In this document: piece by piece, positions 1-12,489 of the stretch | Layout: each line of letters opens with the position of its first letter | Numbering within the stretch: position 1 is the first letter of the stretch | Assembly: GCF_009914755.1 (NCBI RefSeq) | Contig: NC_060939.1 | DNA length: 64,000 bases | Source: the human T2T-CHM13v2.0 reference genome, Homo sapiens | Strand: one strand, 5' to 3' | The notes under the pieces: model-generated | What the model saw: only the letters and a program-made list of their open reading frames with translations | What the model was told of the DNA's origin: nothing | The model's database searches: none | Made by a program: the position numbers and the translations under genes

Positions 1-1395
1 TTTTGAAATACCACCATATTTAAGATTTAATATTGTTATGTGGCTGATTCATTGGTTGCATTGTTGTTGAGCATTTTGTTGTTTGATCACCACTAGATAC
101 TCCAGGCTAATTGTATTTAGTCCCTGTTCAAGTCAATTATTGACCTTTTTTTCACAGATCCCTACCTTTTTTGTTGGAGAATGAAATTTAAAATGAAGAT
201 TTGGGCACTCATTGGTTGTACACATTGTTACTGGTGAACGTGTTGATTGGAGGCCTTCCTAGCTAACAGAGCAAAGAGTAAATATACACATATGTTTACA
301 AATTTCTACAAGTCTCCATATGTATCTGCATTAAATTAAACATGAATTCCTGCAGCGTCCTCAGTCCCACACGATCTTATTCAGCACCATGTGAATCTGT
401 CTACCCATCTCACTAATCTATATGTAGCCTACCACTGTAATATTTAACCACCTGAAAATGCAGGCATAGTGGTTTCAGAATAAGAAACACACAACCCCAT
501 GAGAAACACCCTTACCACCTGTTTATGTATACCAACTGCTTATGTATAAATCCTTTAGCCTTTAGACAGAATCTGCACTTATTATGCAAGTTGCTTAGGA
601 AGGCTTATTTTTCCCCTTCCTTCAGTGGATTATTTCATAGATTTGTATAAAGTATTTTCTCTGCATTTCTTCCTGGACTGTTCCTATCTACTAAATAAGT
701 TATTTTGTTAATTTACATACTTTTAGCTTCACTCTTTGTGTTATAAAGTTTTCTGGGAGTTGAAAAACTGTACCTTTTATCCACGTTACAGTAGCATACA
801 TAATAATATACAAAGAGAAATTTTCTATCTTTACAGATTTGTCTTTCCTTTTTGCTGAGACCCGGGTAACCAATAAACTCTTTACTGTCTTTATACTTAT
901 GCCTTTTCTAGAGTGTCATATATTTTTTAAAAAAGTATTTTGCTTTTTCCAAATTGCTTTTTGGACTTAGTAATATGCCTTTTGGGTTAGTAAAGGATAT
1001 CTTCTGGTTGGGATTTACATTTCCCTAATGACAGAGGCATTGAGCATCTTTCCATATGCTTATTAAACATTACTATAGCTTATTTGGAGACATGATTGTT
1101 CAAATTTTCTATTTTTGATTGGAGCATTTGTCTTTGGATTTTTGAGTTGTAAGATGTTGTAGTATATTCTGGATTATAAATTCTTATTGGCTATTTGACA
1201 TACAAAGACTTTTCTCCCATTTTTAAATTTTTATTCTTTTATTATGTACCTTAAATTATGATATATTTTATTAGTGATTTTTCAATATATCTATTTTCTC
1301 CTTCCTCTTGTGCATTAGTTGTCATATCTTAGAAACCATTGTTTTTGTTAAACAATTTGTTTCTGTTTTTAGTTTTGGCTATTTAGATGTATGAT
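1..1395 (-). mobile_element. Old L1M (L1MC/MD-like) remnants, part of the duplicated unit
   Basis: Antisense L1 ORF2-end/3'UTR motifs (tttacatttccctaatgac..gagcatctttccatatgcttatt); homologous blocks at ~19030-20760 and ~29930-32030. Confidence 0.65.
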
Positions 1396-2806
1396 TGTAT
1401 TAGTCTGTTCCCACACTGCTATAAAGAACTACCTGAGACTGCGTAGTTAATAAGGAACAGTGGTTTAATATATCCACAGTTCTACAGGTTGTACAGGAGG
1501 CATGACTGGGGAGAATTACAATCATGGTGGAAGGCAAAGGGGAAGTGAGCACATCTTACATGGCTAGAGAAGGAGGAATAGATAGAAGAGGGAAGTGCCA
1601 CACATTTTTAAACAACCACATTTTGTGATAACTCACTATCACCAGAACAGCAAGGGGGAATCTACCCCCATGAGTCAGTCACCTCCCACCAGGCCCCTCC
1701 TCCAACATTGGAGATTACAGTTTGCCATGAGATTGGGAGGGGACACAAATCTAAACCATATCATCCTGCCCCTGGCCTCTTCTAAATAACATGTTTTTTC
1801 TCATATTGCAAAATACAATCATTGCTTCTCAATAGTCACCCAACTCTTAACTCATTTCAGCATTAACTCAAAAGTCCACAGTCCAAAGTCTCATCAGAGA
1901 CAAGGCAAGTCCCTTCTACCCATGAGCCTGTAAAATCAAAAGCAAAGTTATTACTTTCAATATACAATGGGGGTACAGGCATTGGGTAAATACCCTCATT
2001 CCAAAAGTTATAAATCAGCTAGAACAGAGGGGCAACAGGCCCCATGCAAGTCTGAAACCCAGCAGGGCAGTCATTAAATCTTAAAGCTCCAAACTGATCT
2101 CCTTTGAGTCTGTATCTCACATCCAGGCCACACTGATGCAAGGGATGAGCTTTCAAGGCCTTGGGCAGCTCTGACCCTCTGGCTTGGCAGGGCTTAGCTA
2201 CCATGGCTGCTCTCAAGGGCTGGCATTGAGTGCCTGTGGCTTTTCCAGGCACATAGTGCAAGCTGTTGGTGGATATACCACTCTGGGGTCTGGAGGACAG
2301 TGGCCTTCTTCTCACAGTTCCACTAGGCCCCCAGTGGAGACGCTTTGTGGGGGCTCCAACTCTGTACTTCTTCTCTGCACTGTCCTAATACAGGTTTTCC
2401 CTAAGGGCTCCATCACTGCAGCAGACTTCTGCCTGGGCATCAAGGCATTTCCATACATTCTCTGAAATCTAGGCAGAGGCTCCCAAGCCTCAACTCTTTC
2501 CCTCTGTGTACCTTCCGGCTTAACACCAAGTGGAAACTGCCAAGGATTATGGCTTGCACCTCCTGGAGCAGTGGCCTGATATGTATCTGGGGACCTTTTA
2601 GTCAGAGCTGGAGCTAGAGCCGCTGGGGCACAGTGATAAGCAGTGGCTCCAGGTTGCACAGGGCACCAAGGCCTTGGACTTGGCGCTTGAAATGATTATT
2701 TTCTCCTAGGCTTTTGTGCCTATTATGGGAGGGGCTGATGGGAAGGTTCCTGAAGTGGCTTTGAGGCATTTTCCTTATTGTCTTGGATATTAAAATTTGG
2801 TTCCTC

Positions 2807-3107
2807 TTTTTTTTTTTTTGTTTTGAGACGGAGTCTCGCTCTGTCGCCCAGGCCGGAGTGCAATGGTGCGATCTCGGCTCACTGCAAGCTCCAGCCTCCA
2901 GGGTTCACGCCATTCTCCTGCCTCAGCCTCCCGAGTAGCTGGGACTACAGGCACCCACCACCAAGCCTGGCTAATTTTTTGTATTTTTTAGTAGAGACAC
3001 AGTTTCACTGTGATAGCCAGGATGGTCTCAATCTCCTGACCTCATGATCCGCCTGTCTCGGCCTCCCAAAGTGCTGGGATTACAGGCATGAGCCACCACG
3101 CCCTGCT
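2807..3107 (-). mobile_element. AluY
   Basis: Full Alu with Y diagnostics (caagctcc, ttcacgccattc); TSD aatttgg(t/c)tcctct. Confidence 0.9.
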
Positions 3108-3170
3108 AATTTGGCTCCTCTTATGCAAATTTCTGCAGCTGGCTTGAATTCCTCCCCAGAAAATGGATTC

Positions 3171-3470
3171 TTTTTTTTTTTTTTTTTTTTGAGACGGAGT
3201 CTCACTCTGTCGCCCAGGCTGCAATGCAGTGGTGCGATTTCAGCTTACTGCAACCTCCACCTCCCAGGTTCAAGTAATTCTTCTGCCTCAGCCTCCTGAG
3301 TAGCTGGGACTACAGGCATGTGCCACCATGCCAGGCTAATTTTTGTATTTTTAGTAGAGACGAGGTTTCACCATATTGGCCAGGCTGGTCTTGAACTCCT
3401 GACCTTGTGATCCACCCATCTCAGCTTCCCAAAGTGCTGGGATTACAGGCATGAGCCACAGCACCTGGTC
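3171..3470 (-). mobile_element. AluS (Sg/Sc-like)
   Basis: Full Alu dimer with poly(T) head. Confidence 0.9.
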
Positions 3471-4824
3471 AGGTTTTTCTTTTTTACAAAATGGCTGGAC
3501 TGCAAATTTTCTAAACTTTTATGCTCTGCCTGTTTTTTAAATATAAGTTTTAGTTTCATAGCATCACTGTGCTCACACTATGACAATACACTGTTAGAAG
3601 CAGCCAGGCCACATCTTGAACACTTTGTGCTTAGCAATTTCTTCTACGAGATACCCTAAATCATCAGTCTCCAATTCAAAGTTCCAGAGATCCCTAGAGC
3701 AAGGGCACAATGCCAACAGTCTCTGTGCTAACATAACAAGAGTGATCCTTACTGTAGTTCCCAGTAAGTTCCTCATCTCCATCTGAGACCACCTCAGCCT
3801 GGACTTCATAGCCCATGTCACTATCAGCATTGTGGTCACAACAATTTAACCAGTCTCTGGAAAGTTCCAACTTCTCCTCATATTCCTGTATTTTTCTGAC
3901 CCCTCCAGACTGTTCCAACCTCTGCTCATTACCCAGTTTCAAAGTCACTTCCACGTTTTCAAGTATCTTTATAGCAATGCCCCACTCCCAGTAGCAATTT
4001 TCTGTATTAGCCTGTTCTTGTATTGCTATAAAGAACTACCTGAAACTGGGTAATTTATAAAGCAAAGAGGTTTAATTAACTCATAGTTCTGCAGGCTGTA
4101 GAGGAAACATGGCTGGGGAGGCCTCAGGATACTTACAATCATGGCAGAAGGAGAAGGGAAAGCAGGCACATCTTTTATGGTCTGAGAATGAAGAGGAGAA
4201 AGAAGGGTGAGGTCCTACACACTTTTAAATAATGATATCTCATGAAAATTCACTTACTGTCATGAGAACAGCAAGGGGAAATCTTCCCCCATTATCCAAT
4301 CACCTCCCCCCAAACCCCTCCTGTAACATTGGGGATTACAATATGGCGTGAGATTTGGGCAGGAACACAAGTCCAAACCACATCAGTGACTAATTTGAAC
4401 TATTTATGCATATACTGTGAGGGAGGAGTTTAACTTGCCTGTTGATGTCAATGATGTCAGCTTGTCACAGAATCCATCCACAGTGCATGAATTGTATGCT
4501 GAACAAAATTTGCATTCCTGAGGAAATACCCTTAGCCATAGTGTATGATACTTTTTGCATGTTGCTGACTTGTTTTGCTATTATTTCCTTAAGGATTTTT
4601 GCCTCTTTATTCATAAGACATATTGGTCTTAATTTTCCTTTCTTGAAGTGTTTTGGTCTAATTGTGGTATGAGGATGAAATACCACATAGTGTGCATTGG
4701 GAAGTGATCTGTTCACCACTGTCATTGCTGTTGTTTAATGTTTTTAGAGAATTCATAATGAATTTGTATTTATTCTTTAAAAGTATGAAATAATTTCCTA
4801 GTGAAGTCATCTTAACATGGAACC

Positions 4825-5018
4825 AGAATTAAATCCTAACAACAATCATGTGAGCCTGGGGAGGATCCTTCCCCAGCTGAGCCTTCAGGGGAGACTTCAG
4901 CCTTGGCCATCTTCTGCATCTAGATTCCTGACCAAGAGAAACTATGAGTAATGTGTATGTGCTTTTCAGCCACTAAGCTGTATGGGAATTTGCTATACAA
5001 CAATAGCTAAGTAATACA
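4825..5018 (+). mobile_element. MLT1 (MLT1D/E-like) LTR 3' fragment, unit copy A
   Basis: gatccttccccagctgagccttcag..cagccttggcc..gccactaag..taataca; the same fragment occurs in B, C, D and E. Confidence 0.8.
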
Positions 5019-5019
5019 C

Positions 5020-5280
5020 CTTGCATTAAATGTAATGTGGTATCCTAGATTAGATACTGGAATAGAAAAGTGACATTATTGGAAACCTGAAGAAAACTAT
5101 GAAGAAAGTCTGTAGTTCCATTGATAGTTTTATATCACTGTCAATTTCTCAGTTTTCATGAATAGTCTATGGTTATATAACATGTTAACATTCCTTTAAG
5201 CTGAAAGGTATATGAAACGCTCTGCACTATATATACGTCCTTCTGTAAGTCAAATATGATTTCAAAATAATTTTTAAATA
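5020..5280 (+). mobile_element. Old L1M 3' end, unit copy A (paralogs ~21655-21880, 25065-25310, 33565-34130, 54115-54365)
   Basis: aatgtaatgtggtatcctagattagatactggaatagaaaagtgacatt.. typical L1MC/MD 3'UTR. Confidence 0.75.
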
Positions 5281-5782
5281 ATATTTTGGTGCAAAACAAA
5301 AACCAACAAAAAGACACAAGCACATTAGCTTGGTTTCAGGAGATGGGGTGGGCAAGTAGGGAAAGAACAGCAGCAGAGCTTTCATAATCTAGCCACCATT
5401 CCGAACCCAGGTGCACCTGCTTCAGTTAAACACAGTTAGCTCCAGGGACTGTCATCCATTTTTGTCTTTGAAATCATGCTACTGATTATCCAGGACCATT
5501 TCAAGTGTCAGTAACCACTTCTTCAGAGAGAGGTGCCTGTTCCTCATATATCCCAGGACGCCCCATTTTCAGACATTGTCTGGCAGTTTATTCACATAAT
5601 TCCACTAAAGCCTTTCTGGAAAAAATGACTGCTGGACATTAGAAGCCAATATTGCAAAATGTCAGTGACAGGGAACACAAATTGTATTTCTACAATCAGC
5701 AGAGTGTTTTAATTCCCTTGGTACAGGGATTTGTTCTTCAACTGATTATCAGATCACTGTGATAATTTCTATTTCTCTTGTC

Positions 5783-6436
5783 ATGAATTATTTGGAACCA
5801 TATATTCTGTTGCTCTTCACATCTTGGAATTATATTGTCCATTTCCAAGGTCAAAGACCACAGAATAAATGTCATCATGACAGCAGGTGAGTAGGGCACA
5901 CAAACAATGCTTCTAAATATGGTGGTTGATGACAGTGCTTGCTTACTAAGACCTCCATATGAATCTGTGGACAACTGGTTTTTGGCAGGTGAAGTCATGT
6001 GAGTGATTCAGTATATGCTGTGTATGGCTGGAGAAAGCTCAGTAGATACAAGAAAAAGCAGTATGTAACAGATCTCCCTCCACCATGCAGTGATCTAAGA
6101 GAAGGACCCAGGCTAAATGGTGACTCTGCACATGTTCTGGCTAAACAAAGAATCTCACAGCAGGAAGAACTGTCCAGCTGTCCCCCACATAGGTCCCTGT
6201 TCGTAGTTCACAGCACTCTGCGGTGTTAGGAACAGGGTTGTGCCAAAGACCCATGCCTACAAAGCATACCAAGCCATGAATCTGCATGCTGCACTCACAC
6301 AGACATAGACAAAGCCAAGACTATTGCCTTTATGATGGTCCATAAACATGGGGCATATTCTCTATAGCACATTCATAGTTTATATGAGAAAATGAGATCT
6401 TGCAGCCTGGAGACCTAGAGTGAGAGATATGACTGA
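5783..6436 (+). pseudogene. Candidate fossil two-exon secreted-protein gene, copy A (exon 5783-5886, intron 5887-6090, exon from 6091)
   Basis: ATG then MNYLEPYILLLFTSWNYIVHFQGQRPQNKCHHDS; donor AG|GTGAGT (phase 2); acceptor ccaccatgcag|; the frame continues DLREGPRLNGDSAHVLAKQR.. to TAG at 6229; TGA at 6434 is shared with copy C. Confidence 0.45.
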
Positions 6437-7779
6437 CCTTGACCACATTTTTCACTTCTGATATCAGCATAGAAGTGATTTAGGTGCTGTTATTTGAGCA
6501 TCTGTACTTTAAGAAACCTTCCAAGTCTTACAAGTTCCATGTACTTTACTCTTTAAGACACGATTCCTCTTTTAAACTTGACATCTTAAAGGAGGTTTAT
6601 TCAATTTTTTAAAATTTTAACTGAAGATACTATAGTACAATACTTAAATGACAGATCTTCTGTTTATCTTCATTTTAATGCATACTTTTTGATCTATTAT
6701 GATGCATACTGTGAATATTGTGCCCACCAGTAAATGGACCCAAAAATGGCCAGAGCAACAGACATGAGCCACAGTTAGACCTGGACATGAGTTATGAGGA
6801 CTACCACATGGTGGTCACAATAATTGAGCTCTGAGTTCTCAAGTTTAAAGGAAAACAGGCAATATACACAAAACTCTACTGCCATATTGGCGTGGACACA
6901 GGCAGAGTGCTGAGCACTGAGTGCCCAAACAAGTGCTTTAATAGCATGGAAGGCATGATTTCCCACAATATACTAAGCCACTAAATTCACAAAGGCCACT
7001 GCAATTCTGAAAAAGATGTCACTGCAAACAAACGCAAGTGTTAGACCACAATCTAAGACAAATGCTCCAATATGCTGTCTCCACACTCTAGCCTGATTAG
7101 GAGTTGTAGTTCAGTGGATGAATGGCTCATATATTTAACATCATTACTTCATGTTCATGTAATTCAACCTTCCTGGAGTCTAAAACTATAGGTGAAATTT
7201 CAGTCAAAGTCCTAAATTATGAATTGTATGAGTTTCTTCTTCACTTAATATTTTCCCAAGGAAACAGGAAAACTAATTTCAATATCCAAGTGTCCAAAAG
7301 TAGACTTTGCCAGAGTAGCAAGGGGGCAGAACAAAGCATTTTATGACAATCACAGTGCATCTGCTTCTACAGTGACTATATATTATCACCATTTGTGTGA
7401 TTAAAAGGGTGAATGAGAATGAAGAAAAACAGAGATCAAGAATGTTATAGATTAAAGAATTAAATTTGTAATATAGCTTGCAGGGATCATTGGTTATATT
7501 TCTAACTTTAGGACACAATTTTTTAAATATAGATTTTCCTTAGTCTTTAGAAAACTAGCACTTCAGGAAAAATTTCAAGTGTCTCTCTACAATTTATATC
7601 TTCCTCATCAACAGATTTCTTGAACCATAGTTTATAAAACAATTACAGCACTTCACTAATAAGTCTAAAATTTCTAATAACTAAGTAGAATGTAAATATA
7701 GTTGGTAAATTAATGTGAAAATATATACAACAATGTTTACTTAATAACAGACTAAAATATAGCACATTAGCCACCATGA

Positions 7780-7899
7780 TTTTTTTTTTTTTTTTTTGAG
7801 ACGGAGTTCGCTGTTTTGCCCAGGCTGGAGTGAACTGGCGCGATCTGGGCTCACTGCAACCTCTGCCCCCGGGGTTCAAGCGATTCTCCTGCCTCAGCC
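7780..7899 (-). mobile_element. 5'-truncated AluS right arm
   Basis: Poly(T) plus Alu 3' end; TSD agccaccatgattt; empty site in copy D (~35881). Confidence 0.9.
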
Positions 7900-10834
7900 A
7901 CCATGATTTAACACTGAGAAGTGGGCAGTCACAGAGAAAAAGTGTGTAAACAATTCTTTGGTATACATTTTAACATCTTTTAAAGAGAGATGCATCTTCT
8001 GTTTGAAAGGGTTATAACATTATTGCCAGAAAGCCGTATGATGTGGTTGTCCTCAGGCACACACACATGAACTTGGTCTAAACCTCCCCAAAGACATCTT
8101 TGGGTAATTACATCAAGCATCAAAACTTACAGAAGGGTGTCAGGAGACTGGAAAGATAAACTTACATAGAGTAGTGTAGGAGTCCCATGAGAAATGTAGC
8201 AACATTGATGCTTGTGATTAGCACAGATGATGATATTGTGGGGAAAATCATGGACAAGATGAGTTGAAAGTGATTCAGAGAGTTTGTTCTGAATGAAATA
8301 AGTGTTAGCAGTACCTTTGTAAACGTATTTTGCATATATGTTCTGTCTCATGTAATCACAGGAATGATATAAGACAAATATAAACGTGTTAGTCGAGAAA
8401 AGTTTATAAAATAATTATAAAACTCTAATTAGAAATATTTGCTCCATTATTTATTAGTGGTTTTATTATTTCATTCTGATATATAAATCTAAAAGATAAA
8501 TCTCACAATTTATTATAAAAATTAGTCTTAATGATATGTATAGATGTGATATTATACTACATGCTTTATATATTATTTTATACAAACCCACCTGACATCT
8601 CAAGAAGTGAGCACTGTTACCACTGCCACGGGCCAGTTCTGAATCTGAGACTAAGCACTACATGAAAGGATTAAAAGTGCTTTGAGTTTGATTCAGTCTG
8701 TATCCAAAGTCGTTGCTCAAGTCAACTATGTATAATATGTAGAATATTTTCTTATATAATTAGTGCTTTCTAGGTCTAGTTTCAGGCATCTTACCCTACC
8801 ACATAGTCCCAAAGATATTTTCTTACGTGTTCTACATACTGTACTAAATATATATATATATATAATGTCTGTGATCCACCTGATTTTGTGTGTAAAATGA
8901 AGTTAAAGGTCAGATTTTAATTCCCTTGTGAATATTCAGTTTTTTGAATAGTTTTAGAAAAATTGATCTGTCCCCATTTATTGACTTACAAATGATTTGT
9001 TCATATATACACGTCTGTATTTATGCTGTTTTCTTTCTTCATTGGTTTATTCCCCTGTCTCTGTGCAAATGCAACAGTTTCTTAGTTGCTAACAGACTTC
9101 ATTTAATACAATAATTTTGTGACCATTCTCTTATTGAGTGTGCTTTTCCATAATGAAGTGAAAGATTAAAAATCTCCATGCCTTTCACCTACACCAATAC
9201 TCTCAGCTGGACTTTGAATCCATCAGTGGCTTTAGAGTTTCAGAATATCACTGTTGTCTCTTATGTCTGTAATGTCTTGGTTAATCTTATAAGATCCATG
9301 AACACCATTCTTCAGTTTATGTATTTCATACTTTCAACAACAGCAAGTGGTGGGAAAACCTGGAGATGCAGCCCTGGGTGCCTCCTGCGTTGCTGTAGAT
9401 GATGCTGTGGACATGGGTCTCCTCCTCCAGATGATGCACATCAAAGGCAGGACCAGCAGGGCGCCTCTGAGCTCAGAACCTCTCTGTGGGGTCTGCATGC
9501 ACAAGGGGAGGAGCTCCCTGTTGGGTGGGGTGGGGAATTCAGTTATTTTGTATGAGCTTGAATTTGTTAAATAATCATTCTTCTTTCTGACCAATGGCAC
9601 ATTTCCCCTTGAGTCCTGGCACTGTAAAGTTACATCTTGGTTTTTGGTTTTGTGTACAAGTGTGTTTAAAACTTTTGTATTAAACACAAAGAAAACACTC
9701 TTTTCTTGGTCACATAGCCATCATGTACAACCAAATGCATACTTTTGTATTTTTCCAAAACAAACATCCCTGGGTGCTTCCTGCACAGACACAGACAACT
9801 CACTAGATAAGTTTACCTCCTCCACACCACGCCTATCCAAGACAGTGCCTAAGTAGATGCAGGAGAGTTGAGTCTGTCTCTGTGGTGTCTTCATGGGAAA
9901 CACCAACATTTTCTTGCTCTACTTCTGGTGTTGGTTCGGGAACTTGGTTATTTCTTGGAAAGACTGAGTGTGTCAAAGAATCATTCTGTTTGCTGTCTGA
10001 AAACAAATGACACAGAATTTGTTTTGAACAAATGAAATGGTGTTTGTTTTGGTGTGCAAAGGCCTTTGACACTTTCTGTGTAAACGTACTTTTTATCATC
10101 ACATAAACATCATGTATGACCAAATTTAAATTTTTTATTGCATATTAATGCCTTTTATTTTAATTATTCATAATCATTTTTCAAAATATCTTTATTTTAA
10201 TAATTTATCACTCCATTAAATTAATGGAAACATCACCCATTCTCTATAATTGTTTTCCACAAATTTCCTCTGAAATACTTCTAGTTGAAGAGGTGCAGAA
10301 AGTTTGCTAGGAACCACAAGACAAAATTTGCTAGAGACTCATATTTAAAAAGGGTTGTGTATGTGGCGTAGTTTCTTCTAATTTGCAAGGTTCAAACGCA
10401 TTAATTTGAATAGATGGTACATCAAGACTCCCAGCACACAAAGACCAGTTATTTTGTTAATATGCACGAATAAACTTCAGCATATTGTTTTTCTTTTACC
10501 TGAAATTTATAGATACTGGCTTGAATGTCTGATTCCTTCTACATAGTATTTGTAAACGTCTGCAAGGCATTTCCTTATACTTATGGCTCATAATATAGGT
10601 GTGTATTCTTCTCTTACTCTTTGATGAGTAAATACCAAAATTGCTTCTTCAGTAAAAAAAAAAAAAGCCACTCCGAAAATTTGTGCATACAACTCCACAC
10701 AGCAAATGTTTTCCGATTATCGTCTGTAGAAAAGAAGTGGGAACTTCAATTTATTTTCTTTCATCAGATAATAATATTTTAAAAGTGATTTATACTTTTA
10801 TAGATTACCAGAGAATTTTCAGAGTTGCTTTTTG

Positions 10835-11150
10835 TCCAGGACATGTGTGGGGCTCAGAGACACCATAGACAAAGTTGCCATGTTCTGTGATGCTTCTGTC
10901 CAATAGGGTTTCAGAAAACTTGACAAAAATTAAACTGTAAGGTGGAAGAGCTGCCCTTGGGAACTGAGAGGACAGGTTTCAGGCCTGGGGTGGGATGGAC
11001 AGGGGAAGCCTCCAGGAGGAGGAACATTGGAGGAGATGCTGGAGAGTGAGGCGCAGTGGGTCCAGGAGACAGGGGAGGGAAAGCGAGGAGGAAAACGTGT
11101 GTGCCTGGCACAGGCCAGGCCATGAGAAGAGGACGGTGGATTTTCTAGGA
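10835..11150. mobile_element. L2-like fragment
   Basis: gaagcctccaggaggaggaacattggaggagatgctggagagtgagg resembles L2 3' sequence. Confidence 0.45.
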
Positions 11151-11429
11151 CCACTGGGATGAGTAATTGGTGAGGACGCAGGAGCAGGAAGGGCAGACCA
11201 TGGAGGGACTGGGCAGGGGAGGCAGGGAGGGCTGATCCCTGAGGACTGCGCTCTGTGGGGAGGGATTCGAATGTCGGTTTGGTTCCCTGAGATGTTACCC
11301 CAGCCCATGAGCTCAGCCTATGGGAAGGACATTGAGGAGTGAGTGGGCCCTGTCCCCTGGGGAGGCTCCTGGGCTAAGTCAGTGGGGTGTGGGTCTGGGA
11401 GAAAGGAGGGTGGAGAAGAGCAAAGAGGA

Positions 11430-12000
11430 CCCCCGGCTGCCTGACTGCAGGGCTCATGGGGCTGCTCTTGTTCGCCGCCTTTTCTCCATCGCTCAGACCC
11501 TCACTTCCCCGCCAGGGCAGGTTTCTGCCCCCTCCGTCCTTTTGCAGATGTAGGTGGGCTCCATGGACCAGAAAACTCAGATCTGCAGTCTCCTCTCCAC
11601 CTGGCGCCCACACAGGTGAGGCTGGGAGCAGCCTGAAGGGAAGTGCGGGTGCGGGGGTCGCAGCTGCGCAGTGAGGGGAACCGGAGGCTGCCGCGCAGGC
11701 TGGGCTTGGGGGCGGGAGCCAGGCCCACGTGGGGCGTGAGGGCCGCGGGTGGAGGGCGAGGCTGACAGGGAGTGAGGGAGGAAGGTGGAGGGCGGTGATC
11801 AGAGGGCGCGGCTGACAGGGGGAGAGGGCGGTGAGATCTACAGGGGAACTCAGGGCGGATGTCTGCCGGGTCCGCGTTGGGCTTTCTGGTAGCTTCTCCG
11901 CGAAGCGCGCTTGTTCCTGAGGCGGTGCCTGCCTGTGTCGTCGTCCCTGTTTGTTCTTCTTCAAACGTCAGGATTTCTCCGTGTTTCCCAGACCGTAACG
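11430..12000 (+). promoter_or_regulatory. Small CpG island / candidate promoter
   Basis: About 30 CpGs in 11640-11950 within an otherwise CpG-depleted region; four GGGCGG boxes, CACGTG at 11726, TGCGCA at ~11665. Confidence 0.65.
11548..11615 (+). ncRNA. Candidate exon of a + strand (probably non-coding) transcript
   Basis: Pyrimidine tract + tttgcag| acceptor and CAG|GTGAGG donor followed by G-rich sequence; no transcript evidence available. Confidence 0.35.
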
Positions 12001-12114
12001 TACATTTAAAAAGCTTGCTTTCTGTCACATATGCCCTTTTATATTATGGACATAACAATTGTTACTTACCTACGTTTCCTATCTGTGAATTATTCATAGA
12101 TACAGAATTTACCA

Positions 12115-12287
12115 AAACTTTTAGTTGACACATTGCGTATATTTATGGATAACAGTGTGATATTTTGATTCTTGTATTCATTGGGGAAGATTCAATCAAG
12201 CTAATTAACATGGGCATCAACTCACCAGCTAATACTTTATGGTGAGAACACTAAAAATCTATTATTTAGCTATTCTAAAATGTACAG
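12115..12287 (-). mobile_element. L1MA-type 3' end fragment
   Basis: tatatttatggataacagtgtgatattttgat..aatcaagctaattaacat..ggtgagaacactaaaaatct. Confidence 0.7.
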
Positions 12288-12489
12288 CGTGACTTCGGAG
12301 GAAATGATACTGCCCGGCCTCAGTAGCCCGAGACTGATCATTTCTAAATCCTGAGGTTCCCATTTCTGAGGGGGTCATGGCTGCATGCCCGTAAGCAAGG
12401 GGGGTGTTGGGGTGCTTTGTTTGCCCTGTTAATTTTGGGTGCCTCTGTGTTCTGAGAACTATTAAGATAATATGTGTTTGAAAAATCCA

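Larger units (their letters stand above)
1396..4385 (-). mobile_element. MSTA-type MaLR provirus (LTR 1396-1763, internal 1764-4002, LTR 4003-4385)
   Basis: Two MSTA-like LTRs (tgtattag..aaaccatatca) flank MaLR internal sequence. Decayed 5-bp TSD atgat/gtgac; paralogs B and D show the empty site atgat. Confidence 0.9.
1..10820 (+). repeat. Ancient tandem duplication unit, copy A (left end runs off window)
   Basis: Colinear homology with copy D over its whole length: 1~30012 (ttttgaaatacc..), MLT1 4850~33400, 9330~38357 (catactttcaacaacag), 10790~39720. Confidence 0.85.

Noticed and set aside
6230-6436. Resemblance of one C-terminal frame to a cystine-knot or GDNF-type CC..YH..C pattern
   Set aside because: The CxGxC and terminal CxC motifs are missing and the frame is ambiguous, so no family is assigned.
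5300-6600. Olfactory, vomeronasal or Ig/TCR V pseudogene as the unit core
   Set aside because: No 7TM motifs, V-domain Cys/Trp pattern or RSS found in the frames examined.
8227-8292. C/D-box snoRNA-like ATGATGA..CTGA with faint SNORD116-like wording
   Set aside because: No terminal stem, and both boxes are broken in paralogs D and F; probably chance. An Infernal/snoscan run would settle it.
11374-12028. 196-aa and 175-aa minus-strand ORFs
   Set aside because: Pro/Ala/Arg-rich products expected from stop-poor GC-rich DNA, with non-ATG starts and no recognisable domain.
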